Source: Callorhinchus milii
Taxonomy: Eukaryota
Assembly: GCF_018977255.1 (NCBI RefSeq)
Contig: NW_024704743.1
Location: 89,344,001 to 89,408,000, forward strand
DNA length: 64,000 nucleotides
Reading direction: 5' to 3'
Part shown: in pieces, positions 50,331 to 62,060 of the stretch
How positions within the stretch are numbered: position 1 is the first letter of the stretch
How the letters are laid out: every line of letters starts with the position of its first letter
The notes under the pieces: model-generated
Seen by the model: the letters and a program-made list of their open reading frames with translations, nothing else
Told to the model about the DNA's origin: nothing
Databases searched by the model: none
Translations under genes and position numbers: made by a program

Positions 50331-50809
50331 AATAAACCACTATTGTTTGAGATTATATGTTTTGTGTTATTTTATAACAGCAGCCACTGGCTATAGACTG
50401 GTGGTCTGCAGGATTAATGATAATACAACAGGTTTAAAGTCAAAACAGTCCTTTTCCTCCTGGTGCAATCTGTTTTGAATCTTAATATCATTGTTAATCC
50501 TTTCGGTCAACAATCTGCAGTCGGTGGGTATTCTCAGATATGAAGTGTCAAATCTTAGCAACTTCTTTCCCAGAAGAATTTCCGACCTCAACTGTCCACT
50601 TGGATGCTTTCCTTTACTTTTTGGGCTGCCTCTTTTTTGTGCCAGATATCCACTGAGTCTTTCCAAGCTGCTGGGATAGCATGTAATTATTATTTAATTG
50701 CTTGGCTCTAGCTATGGAGTGGAAACACGTCAGGAGGATGTCTCAAAGCAACTTACCAAAAGCACGATCTGTGGTTGAAACAAATAAATTTAAGAGGAAA
50801 CTACCACAA

Positions 50810-51520
50810 TAATAAGATCACAAAATTTGTTAAATGAAGAAGGACTTCATCCAGAATACCCAACCTACAATTTTTCATCGCATCACAAGCTGTTTTTTAA
50901 ATGAGTACAATGTGCTGGCTTCAGCCACCCTTCCTGACGATTTGTTCAAATCATTACTTACCCTCTGGACAAAGAAAAACTTCCTGGTGAAATTGCCTTT
51001 TGCGAAGTATTGTTCTGAATTAACTTTCTCAATCTATAAGATCCTGTCTGAGATGTCTCCTTTCAATACTGAAGATCCCTAATTTCTTTCACCATTGATC
51101 AAAGCGTATTCCTGTAAACATTGGGAATTTTCCTTGTTACTCTCCTCTGCGCTTCTTTTTGGGCCTGGGCAGCCCTCTTCTGTTGTGGTGACCAGAATCT
51201 GGTCACAGTACTTCAAGTATGAAGTCTGAGAACTAAACTTAACTGATTTGGCAATATAGATCAGCATCCTGTTTGCTCTGTTTATTGCTATCTCACACTG
51301 AGCTGTCATGGTGAGTGATAAGTCAACCAATACTTCTAGACCACTTTCATCTTTCCTCTTGGAAAGTTCCGTTCCATCCATGGAGTACATATGGTTGCTA
51401 TTTTTACTTCCAATATGTAGTACTTTGCATTCACCTGTATTAAACTTCATCAGCCTATGTGCAAACCCTATCAAGCTCTCATTGTAAGATCTTTGTTGCC
51501 TCCTTTCATTCCAGAGTTCC
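50810..51520 (-). mobile_element. CR1 3' fragment of a second, older family
   Basis: MKFNTGECKVLHIGSKN...AINRANRML in ORF 51079..51474. Confidence 0.85.
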
Positions 51521-51752
51521 CTCCAACATGACAGTGAGTCAGTGAGGCAGGAAACTCAATAAATAAGGGGAAAGGAATATAGAGAGATGTGTGTGGAGAC
51601 TAGGGAGGGGAGATTAGGATGGATAGAGCCTCATATAAACACCAGCAAGGACTAGTGCCAAACAACCTGCTTTGGTGCTGTACACATCTATGTAATTCTC
51701 TGCAATAGTATATGCTAGGGACATCTCCTGACAGAAGATCCATACCTATCCA

Positions 51753-52185
51753 TTATTTTTGGTCAGTCGGGTGTCTGACATACGCAAAAACCCATTACTA
51801 TGCTTAAGAGTATCCAAACTAAACTGAGAATTTCATGCATCCCACCTATAAATGAAAATTCCAGAGTTGTTTATTGGAATAGAATGCACACTCTCTCTTT
51901 GGATGGACACATCATGCTCACTTAATTCCAGAGAATATTAGGTGCAGGATGACAAGAGCCAAACCTTAGGGACTCCAGCATTGAGATACTGCTGGAGTCT
52001 AGATAAAATCACATAGCTTGCCTTGATAGCACTACCTGGCAAGCTTTGTTGCTACTTGTCCAGCTAGGACAGCCCTATTCGTTAGGGCTTTAGTTTTCAG
52101 GCTTAACAGGAGCTGATGAGTTCCTGCACCCCAATGTCTGGTCTGTCCTTCCAAGTCCTGCTGATGATCTAGGCTGGCTGTGCTG
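51753..52185 (-). mobile_element. Ancient poly(A)-ended retroposon, longest copy (AmnSINE2/CORE-like family, see findings)
   Basis: Colinear with 45455-45752 (+). Shares its 3' end with 29404-29775 (-) and 23100-23213 (+), and its 5' part with 55145-55370, 32835-33050 and 6400-6455 (+). Confidence 0.75.
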
Positions 52186-53059
52186 TCATCAACAGTGCAT
52201 TGGAATACTGAGGACTTGTATCTACAAACGGGAATATTTATTCCCGAAACTGGCACTATACAAATGTAATTTTGTTGTTGTTTACTCTCCGATAACATAA
52301 CACCTTTAAAATTGGCTAATATAAAATGAAGCTTACATAATAATAAATATTTAATAGTTTATGAATGTGTTATTTGGTCAGGTTGTAATTTGCATGCTCC
52401 ATTTTGACTTGTAATTTCACTGATATTTTCAAAGTTGTTTTGAGAAATAAATTCAAGTAAAAAAGAAACCGACAGGCACAATATTTAACCATCTACTTAG
52501 TGTTTCAGTAATACATAAGTAACAAACATATATTTGATGTGTTGCTACAACCCAATAACAATATGTAGGTTGTGCTCTAGTTGTTGAACTGAATAATGAT
52601 AGCATTTCATGCCACCACCCCTTTGCTAACAATTGAGTAAATTACTTTCCAAGAGCTTCACTTTAGCTTCTCTAAAATCTCCTTAAAATTTACAGAACTC
52701 AAACTTTATATAATTTATTATTTACCTTATGACTTGCCCCAAAAACCAATATCTGAAATAACAATAAACCAACTATCACTATCACGGTAGAGCTCCACTC
52801 TATGAAGATACTTGAAGGTCTGCAGAGGCCTGATAAGAGACAGTTATCATTCCTCTAATATCCCTTATTAACTTGTGTGAGGCACAGCACCTTAAAGCCC
52901 TGCAGTTTCTCTACATGCATCACCTGAGTGAGTGATAGGAGCTGTACTGCAGATGTGACTCCAATATTTGCACAGCTCAAAAGCTATCAGCCTGTTCACA
53001 GCATGTACAGCCTTAACTATTTTATGCTGCGGTTAAATTGAAAGAAAAAGAAAAGTTGC

Positions 53060-53200
53060 AATTGGAAGTAATCTGAAATAAAAGCAGGAATGCTGCAAAT
53101 CCTTAGAAGGTCAATCACAGATAAAAGGAAAATGTAGATCAATGTTTCATCAATCATTTCATCATGAAGCCTTTCACCTTCAGATGCTGACATATGGCTG
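53060..53200. mobile_element. Possible relic of the shark-type Penelope-derived hairpin repeat
   Basis: aaaagcaggaatgctgcaaat...aggtc...aatgtttc...cagatgctg resembles the recalled repeat; very degenerate. A similar piece lies at ~345-400. Confidence 0.35.
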
Positions 53201-54064
53201 TAGAACATAAGATCACAAGAGAGGTTTGGAGGAATAAGGTTCATTCCATCTCATCCTTCCCCAGTCTTCCCTTCGCAACACCAAACAGTGTCAACTACCC
53301 TTCCTGGTAACCCGTTACCACCTGCTAATTGCTATCTGATAACTAAATGCTTCCTACTGGGACGTTCTCCCGACGTGAAAGAGGCTATACAAATGTAATC
53401 TTGTTGTTGTTGTTGTTGTTCCTGTTGTCTGTCCTGAAATTGCCCTTTGTAACTCTACATTTGTATACTCTTTTTCTACTGTCTTGGTGCATCCGGATTA
53501 CATCTGGTTTTACTTTTTGTGTGTATACTGCTTGAGCTGTTCAAAATAAAAATTAATAGGTAGCAACAGAAGTGATATACTTACTGGAAGAATCATAGAC
53601 AATGCAGTTCCATTTTTAATTATAGATTCCGGATGTAAGAATGTGACATTTGGCGTGATAGTTATCACCGGTGACATCTTGCATAAGGTCAGAATTACCA
53701 TCACTGTGAATGGCTGGCGGTGAAGGAACACCAGCCCGTTCAAAATTAAGAAACACAACCACTCACCATTGTATGTTGTCCAGAAAGGAGAGGTCTCACG
53801 TAGTACTTCACTTCTATATATGAAGTTCATAACATTGAAATAAGACTACATTTGTTGTTTTTATGTTACCATTGTTGAAGTCATAGCCTATGCTACCAAG
53901 TTCAAGCAGTGCAGTGCACAGTGGTAAATTTCAGCAAGCAGGTTTGTTATAGGAATTTAAGTAAGGAAAAAATCATTAGCACTAGCTTCAGGATTCAATA
54001 ATGCTTGAAATCACAAATGGGCAGCTATGTTCGTCCACAAACACACAGTAACTGCACTTAACGT

Positions 54065-54382
54065 GGAGTCCTGTAGCTCAGTGGTTAGAGCACTCGCTTT
54101 GCAAGCGAGAGACCTGAGTTCAATTCCAGGCAGGGCGAAACCTTGGGCAAGTTTCCTTACTCCACACGCCTAATAATAATCCCTCCAAAACCAAAAACAA
54201 TAATAAATTGGTCATTTTCAATCCACGACTGTTTGTGGGACATTGCTGTGTGCAATTGGCTGCCGCGTTCGCCCACAAATATACAGTCAATTCACTTTAC
54301 AGTGTGTTCTGTGAAGCGCTTTGGGACGACCTCCCGACGTGAAAAGTGCTATATTTCATATGCAAGGATTATTATTATTATT
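54065..54382 (+). mobile_element. Full-length young tRNA(Ala-like)-derived SINE, short form
   Basis: GGAGTCCTGTAGCTCAGTGGTTAGAGCACTCGCTTTGCAAGCGAGAGACCTGAGTTCAATTCC head, L2-type tail, (TTA)n; possible TTAAC target duplication. Confidence 0.95.
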
Positions 54383-55144
54383 AACAGAATCTTTATAAAG
54401 TACTTTGAGATGCTCGACAATATCAAAAACAATGATTTTCATTAATTCGAACTGGGAGCTGAAGGGCTCTGAATATAAACTTTTAAGCCTGTGATTACTC
54501 CGAACGACTGCCGGCGATATTTAAGAAGCAGAGTTTGCGATCGTTAGTTTAAACTAAATGGCCAGTAGGTGACAGTGACCCTCTCGACTGCAGCCTTCAC
54601 AATGGACTGCCATCTTGAACACAGTGAAGCCCCTTTTCATTTTAGACTGTAGCTTGTGGAGTACTTTTAAATTCACTGCCTTCTTTTACTATCAGTTTTT
54701 CAAGGGTGATCTGCTGAATAGGGGCAAAATACACTATCTTCCTGACCCACAAATTAGTTTTCCCCTTCAGGCTTGACGTCTTGGATCTAGATCACTCAAC
54801 TGGTAAACATAGTGATAAAACATTGTGAACTTGATCATTAGATTTCCAATCATGAAAAGGCGCATTGGTTTAAACTCAAGCTCGTTTCTGGATAAAACAC
54901 ACCATTGAACCACTCACCAAATGTAACATTTCTACAGCTTTTATAGTTTCAAAGGATCAAAATGAATTATAGTAACCCAAACACAACTTTTTTACAAAAT
55001 TTGTAAAAAAAATCATGAGGACATATTCTAATATTCATTTGGCAGTTTAGCACGTGCAGAATTAGGCAAATTCTTAAACACAGCCTTTTTTTATAGTAAA
55101 TTTTTTAAGAACTAGACAAAACAAATTCAAAGTCAAAATTGAAT

Positions 55145-55370
55145 TGGGCAATTTCCTAAATTGTGGATACTATAGTCAGGTAGTCCAGTTCCTGAGCCAG
55201 GTGGATCCGCAGTACTCCAGGACACTACTAATGACTGAACAGCAGCCTAGCTCATTGGCAGGACTTGGAGGTCACTGGGACGGAGATTCTTCCCACTAAG
55301 CTCCTGTTAACCATGAGAGATAAAGTCTTAACAGGTACGGTGATCCTAGCTGGACAACCGACATAAAGTT
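55145..55370 (+). mobile_element. AmnSINE2-like 5' half
   Basis: tgggcaa...cctaaattgtggatac...gtggatccgcagtactccagg...gcctagctcat resembles the recalled AmnSINE2 consensus; overlaps the 51753-52185 copy. Confidence 0.55.
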
Positions 55371-55796
55371 TGCCTAACAGTGCTTTCAAAGAGGCTAGAT
55401 TACTCTGTATTCAATTTTGCTGGTAAAATTCCAGTGGTACCAGAACACCTTCTCCTTGGTCCCCAAGCTTTAACACTTGCCAACTCTTGCATCTAGAGTT
55501 AGGTAAGCAGGAAGAAGATCCTGGAGCTCACTGGGTCTCCTCGTGCTTCATTTTCATTCTCCCACAGCTCCGACCCCATCCACCAGGTGTTCTGCTATCA
55601 TTATAACAGAGATCACATGTGGATTGTCCAAACTAAAGAAATAGAGAAGGCTCCGACTTCCCCAGAGTAATTCTTAACAAGAGTGAAAGTGCAGATGAAA
55701 ATGGTTGCAAACAGTTCATCTCTGATTAATAGTTTAGAATCCTAGAGTCGAATAATCTATACTAATCCTACATTTGATACAATGATTTATTATGAT

Positions 55797-56420
55797 ATAA
55801 TAATAATAATCCTTGCATTTGATATAGCATTTTATCACGTCTTTGAAACATCTCAAAGCGCTTCACAGAATATACTGCAAAGTGAATTGACTGTATATTT
55901 TGTGGACAAAACAAATTATCACATTGTCAAAATGTCTCAAAGAGCTTCACAGGACTCACTGTAAAATGTAGTGACGTATATTTTGTAGATGGATGTGACA
56001 GCTAATTTGCACATGCCAATATCCACAAGCAGCCATAAAATGATTGTTGAGGGAGAGGGGAATAGAATAAAAGGATATGGGAAGGAGTAAGAAGTGGGTG
56101 GAAACTCATATGGATTGGTTGGGATGAATGGCTTGTTTCCATGCAGCACATTCTTTGTAAATCTTAGTAAATCTTTGTTGGCCAGGACATTGAGAGAAAC
56201 TCCCTTCCCTTTTTGAATAGTCCCATAGGATCTTTAACATTCACCTGAACAGGCAGACAGGGCATCAGTTTAACATCTTATCCACCTGCCACAGTGTAGC
56301 GTATTCCCAGCAATGTACTAGAGTCTCAATCTAGACAATGAGTTTGAAATCTTGAAATGCAGCTAGAACCTGTGATGTTCTGACTCAAAGGCAAATGTGC
56401 TCCCAACTGATTCAGGCTGA
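55797..56420 (-). mobile_element. SINE tail plus Deu-domain SINE interrupted by a CR1 tail
   Basis: (AAT)n tail at 55797; Deu core at ~56175-56320; head ttctgactcaaaggcaaatgtgc. Confidence 0.75.
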
Positions 56421-57124
56421 AATGCTGAGCTGGGCAGTGCTTCATTTCCTTGTCACATATAAAGCTCTTATATCAGACGGCTCCCATCCATTCCTATGTT
56501 GAAACGCTTTATCTCCAATCAGAACCTCCCCTCGTGACAAATCCAAGCTTGGGAAATTTATCATGTGCCAATTGACAAGGGCTTTCTGGCACAGTGTATC
56601 AATTTTGTGTTGCTTGCCTTTTTGTTAATAGTAAAAGATGCTGGTTACAATCAAGTCATTCCATCTCATTTTTATTTGCAAAAGAAACAAAAGTCATGCT
56701 CCACTGTCCTGACTAAGCTAAGACTCTACCTTTGTACAATTCATTTTCAACAACGTTAAAGTATTGTAACTATGTGTCAGTAAGCTACCAGACTACACAC
56801 ACTGTGAATGCAGACCTGGAGACTGATGTGTCTTATGAATCAAGTGGTTTGTTAACACATGGAAACCTCAGCAGCCTCCAACTGCCCTCACAGTGTCAGA
56901 CAAGACTTGCTACCTCCAACAGTTCCAAGTGGTGCAGACACCTTGGTTTAATGGGCAATATCCTGTGCCTACTCTATATTTTGCTCTCACTTATGGTTTT
57001 CACTCTGCTCTCAGTTATTCATAGTCTCTCGGGCATTACACTCAACAGCCATAGACTATCTCCACAATAACCCAGCCCTAACTTGGCCTGGCCCTGCAGC
57101 TGGTCCTAAGGCTTCCTTTGTTCT

Positions 57125-57237
57125 CTAGGAGGCTTTTGTAGACTGCAGGATACGCTTGATCTGTTCTCGGCAGAAAAAGAGCTTGTCCACAAGCCTCTGC
57201 CACATCTCAGGTTCAGTGTAAGGAAATGATAAGAAAT
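57125..57237 (-). CDS. Candidate terminal coding exon of an unidentified minus-strand gene
   Basis: Acceptor ttccatccatctctag|, then (D)FLSFPYTEPEMWQRLVDKLFFCREQIKRILQSTKAS*; minus-strand AATAAA at 56676-56671. No family recognised. Confidence 0.25.
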
Positions 57238-57524
57238 CTAGAGATGGATGGAATTTCACGCCAAAAATGACAAATTATTGCTTTTTCCAAAGAAGATGTG
57301 ACTCATGATATCATGACTGTCTGGTTTGTAGCATGAAATAAAAGCTTTAAAACATGACTCTTACAGTCTTCTAATTGCTTTCTTTGCTAAAATAGGCAAT
57401 CTTTGACCAAGTGCTTTTTTTAATTATAAATTCAAACATTTGGAATATTTCCATTACATAAAAGTGACATTTGTCTAAGTCTAAGGTTTGAAGTGATCAG
57501 CTTTTCACTTCTCTGAAGTTTGTG

Positions 57525-57915
57525 AGCCTGGCTGAGTTGGTAGCACTCTTGCCTCTGAGTCAGAAGGATGTGGGTTCAAGTGTCACACCAGGAATTTAAT
57601 CCACATAGTCTAAACGAGCACTCCAGTACAGTGCTAGGGATGGGCTGCATTGTCAGAGGTGCTGTCCTTCAGATGAGACGTTAAACCAAGGTCAATCTGC
57701 TTGTTTAAGTGGCCGTTGAAGCCCCATAGTCTATTTAAAAAGAGAAAGGAGTTGGCTGATCAACATTCTCCCAGGTAAATTGATTGTTTACTTCATAGTT
57801 GTGCACAGATTGGCTGCTGCATTCGCCTACAAAATACATAGTCACTATACTTTATAATCCTGTGAAGTGCTTTGAGATGTCATCCAGGTATATAAGATGC
57901 AAAGATAATTATTAA
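57525..57915 (+). mobile_element. Full-length Deu-domain SINE (SacSINE1-like)
   Basis: Head tggtagcactcttgcctctgagtcagaagg.tgtgggttcaag, core ctgcattgtcagaggtgctgtccttcagatgagacgttaaacc, L2-type tail. Confidence 0.9.
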
Positions 57916-58227
57916 ATTATTGCATTGCTTAAAATGAAACAACATCAGTTCCAGAAATAGAGCAGTGTGGGTAGCAATGTTCCACAAATGTTGCTTTGCT
58001 TGCCATATTCTGTTTTTAATGGAATTTCCTGCATTATCAACTTCCTGTCACACAGGGCACCTCTATGGAGCAGGCACAATGCTCTACACTAACTGACATT
58101 GATTTGAATTGGGGCTGTAAAAAAAAACATCAAGTTGTGGAGATTTACATGTCCGCTTACGTACAAATGGTAATACGTATATCTAACTCAAGGAGGATAG
58201 TCACTAGTTGATCGTCGGATAAGTGCA

Positions 58228-58486
58228 GGTTTCTCCTCACTAAGTGGAGAACAAGTGCTAAGACCACCCTGTGAGCTGTTTGATGAGCAACACAATTCAG
58301 CATGAAACGCATGAAGATATCGCCACCATCACCCTGCCCTCAGCTCAGACACACATACCACCCACCCCACCCTCCCCATTGGGAAGATACATGATATCTT
58401 CATGTGTTTCATGCTGAATTGTATTGCTCATCAAACAGCTCACAGGGCGTTCTTAGCACTTGTTCTCCACTTCGTGAGAAGAAACC
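58228..58486. repeat. Fold-back element: 94-bp inverted arms around a 71-bp spacer
   Basis: 58228-58321 versus the reverse complement of 58393-58486: ungapped, 6 mismatches. Confidence 0.95.
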
Positions 58487-59524
58487 AGTTGGATGTCCGA
58501 AGCTTGAGTAGCATCCGCTTATCTCTCCATCTCAATATACCAAACACTAGTTTTGAGCCAAAGTCAAGTCAGATTTATACAATCTGTACTCAAACTGCAG
58601 CAATGTGAAATAGATTGCAGCTGTAAAACGATAATAAACCCACCCTGAGTTTTCATACCCATTTTCTGGATAATCAAAGGTTTATTCCTGGTATTGAGGT
58701 CTAATATGAAATATTTGAACATATTTTTGTTATTTAAGAGAGACCGGCAGTAAGACTGTGGTTTTGTATTATCAGATTGCTGCAGACGGTGCACATGTAA
58801 AGACATACCAGGACACTGTGGTGTTGAAATAACATGTGAACACAATGAAAACAGAAAAAGATTACATGTTCCCAACACCATTCAGTTTAAACAAACTGTA
58901 CAAGTAGATGTGTTATTGATTTGCAGGACTCTCAGACATTCTTTCTGAAACATGTCTAATAGACTAAAGGAACACATTTAATATTGTATGAACCTTGCAT
59001 TGCAAAACAAATACAGCCTGCATTTTAATTGATAACTTTAATTAATTGTCTCCTTAGTGTGTTTAAAAGTCTGCACCATGGACTTTGCATAGGAATCTGC
59101 TGGATAGATCAGTGCTGCCAGGCCACTTAACTCCCAACTGGTACACTATGCAGCAACTTTAAATATTTTCATAAATGAAAACATTGATTCCAACCATAGC
59201 TGCCGCTTAATAATTACCAATGAGGGTTCAATAATCACAATGGCAGAGTAATCTAAAGCTCTGGGTAAAACAGTGAGATACAGGGACAAGATCATTTATA
59301 CTACCATTGCTGCTCTTATTTCTCTAAATAATCTCTAAAAGAGCCACACTTGCCACTGATGCAAAAATGCAATAAAATTTACATTGATATACAGTATGTA
59401 CATTTATATTTGCAGTTATGTAGTGAATTTCAGGTCAGGAGGACATCTCAAAGCTCAAATAATCCATATTCTTCAAATTATTCCACTTTGTATTTGGAGG
59501 ATTTTCCGATATTTTTCTGATATA

Positions 59525-59960
59525 CAACAACAACAGCAACAAGATTCCATTTATAGAGCGCCTTTCGCGTTGGGAGGACGTCCCAAGGCACTGTACAGTT
59601 GGGTCAGGCCCCAAGCAAGGGGGAAATGGTCAGGGTGAGGGGAGGGAAGGAGCGAGGAGGGGGTAGAGAGTCGAGAGGGGAGCTGAAGGCACAGTCAAAG
59701 AGAAAGGTCTTGAGACCGGCCTTGAAGGAGGAAAGGGAGGAAGCGGCGAAGGCACTGGGGGATAGAGTTCCAGAGCCTAGGGGCTGAGAGGCTGAAGGCC
59801 CGGCCACCGATGGTAGGGCGGTTGGGGCGGGGATGTGGAGGAGACCGGAGCCAGAGAAACGGAGGGTATGGGCAGGTAGGTAGGGGGATAGTAGGTCGGA
59901 GAGGTAGGAGGGAGCAAGGCCATGAATGGTCTTGTAGATGAGGATGAGGATCTTGAATTC
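59525..59960 (-). mobile_element. Young L2 3' fragment
   Basis: Closely matches 3237-3657; IEFKILILIYKTIHGLAPSYLSDLL...FKAGLKTFLF. Confidence 0.95.
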
Positions 59961-60423
59961 GATATATTTTCCTAATGCTCTCAAGAGGAATATAGCACTG
60001 AACATCCTGAGCTTGCTTGTGCCTGACATCAGTTAATGAATGAGATGCGAGAAATTAGACCTTGAGGAAGGGTGACCTGTTTCAGCATCAGGTCAATGAG
60101 CCCTTTTTCCAAATAATAGTGAAAAAATATGATCTATAACGTGATAATTATTACCAATGATAACCATCACATCACGCATCACATTTCTCACTCTCTGCAT
60201 TCTCTACCTGACCATGTTGTTTCCATGCTGAACCTAACACCATTACCTCAAGTACATACGTAGTATTTCTCTACTCTTGAAGATAAATTTCACTTGAGTT
60301 AAGATTTACTCTAATATGTAGAAATTCAGAGTGTCCAGAATTTGTCAAATTCTTATATCCAGCCTTAATTTTGAAGCTGGTTTTGAGTACGTTTTCTTTA
60401 AAGAACAATCAACTTCAAAGTTA

Positions 60424-61540
60424 ACAACAACCACGACAACACAATTACATTTATAGAGCGCCTTTCACTTTGGGGGGACATCCCCAAGCGCTGAACAGTC
60501 AGGTGTCGTGGCCTGAGCATGGGGGAGGGGAGGTGGTGTAGGGGTGAGGGAAGGCAGAGAGGTGGGAGGGTGACCAAAGGTCCGAGAAGGGTCTTGACAC
60601 CGGCGTTGAAGGAGGCAAGGGAGGAAGTGAGGCGAAGGGACCGTGGGATGGAGTTCCAGAGTGTGGGGGCAGAGAGGCTGAAAGCCCGGTCACCGATAGT
60701 AGGGAGGTTGGGCAGGAGACATGGAGCAGGCCGGAGCCTGATGAGCGGAGGGAGTGGGCAGCTTGGTAGGGAGTCAGCAGGTCAGAGAGGTAGGAGGGGG
60801 CAAGGCCATGGATGGCCTTAAAGGTGAGGACGAGGATCTTGAACTCGATCCTCTGGGGGATGGGGAGCCAGTGGAGTCGGGCGAGGGTGGGAGTGATGGG
60901 GCCACGGAGCCTGGTGCGCGAGAGAATACGAGCTGCAGAGTTTTGGATGATCTGCAGCTTGTGAAGGGGAAGAGTTGGGAAGACCGATGAGGAAGGAGTT
61001 CCCGTAATCAAGCCTTGAGGTGACGAATGCGTGGGTGAGGGTTTCGGCAGCCTGAGGGGTGGGCAGTGGCAGAGTCTGACGATGTTGCAGAGGTGGTGGT
61101 AGGCAGTACCGGTCATGGCGTGGAAATGGGGGAGAAAGGACAGTTCAGGGTCAAACAAGATACCCAGGTTCCTGACTGGCTTAGTGAGGTTGAATTTGCA
61201 GCCGTGGAGGCTGATGCTGCAGTGCCTGAGGTGAGGAGGTGCTGGTGCAAGCCAATCAGGAAGGCCTCGGTCTTGCTGACGTTGAGTTGGAGAAAGTTGG
61301 CCCTCGTCCAGGACTTGATGTCGGAGAGGCAGTCGGTCAGGACGCCAGTAGTTCTGGAGTTCAGGGAGGAGGCAGAGAGGTAGAGTTGAGTATCATCTGC
61401 ATACATGTGGAAATTTACCCCATGACTGCGGATGACGTCATCAAGGGGGAGCATGTAGAGGGTGAAGAGGAGGGGACTGAAGATAGAGCCCTGAGGAACA
61501 CCGCACGAGACGGTGCGGGGGCTGGAGGAGACTGGATTCA
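60424..61540 (-). mobile_element. L2 LINE, 5'-truncated ~1.1 kb, from the RT core to the tail
   Basis: [13 protein letters not shown]...[10 protein letters not shown]...[15 protein letters not shown], then LQIIQNSAARIL...LHWLPIPQRIEFKIL; (CAA)n tail on the + strand. Confidence 0.95.
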
Positions 61541-61699
61541 ACAATTTGTCATACTTTGATGTTCCAAAACGTTACATATACAGAGTCTGTATATGTACCC
61601 ATATGGACCCAGGTGGAATTTCTCCGCATTAGTTTCTTGATTCAATTCAAAATAAAATATATGAGGCTGCTACAACCAGAAGCGTAAATCACAATAGGA

Positions 61700-62060
61700 C
61701 TTGGAACTCATTTAGTCTAAGGGGCTGGTATTCCAATGCAGTGCTGAGCTGTGCTTCATTGTCTGAGGTGCCATCCTTGGATAAGACATTAAACTGAGGT
61801 CCTGTTCAGGTGGATGTTAAAGATCCCATGGTATCATTTGGAAAGAGAAGGCAAGTTCTCCTGGTGTCCTAAACAATAATCTCCCAAATAAAATTTGTCA
61901 TTCACTTCATGGCTGATTGTGGGACATCTCAGTGTGCAAATTCGCCGTTTCGTTCACCTTCAAATACATAATCATTCCACTTTAAAGTATATCCTGTGAA
62001 GGACTTTAAGGAATTTGATGTGCAAAGTGCTATACCAAATATAAGGATTATTATAATTAT
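61700..62060 (+). mobile_element. Deu-domain SINE
   Basis: Deu core and ggattattat tail. Confidence 0.85.

Noticed and set aside
54065..54140. tRNA-Ala(TGC)-like gene (also ~42630-42702 and the CAT-loop version at ~49954-50030)
   Set aside because: No acceptor-stem pairing, and the sequence runs directly into a SINE body and tail; these are SINE heads.
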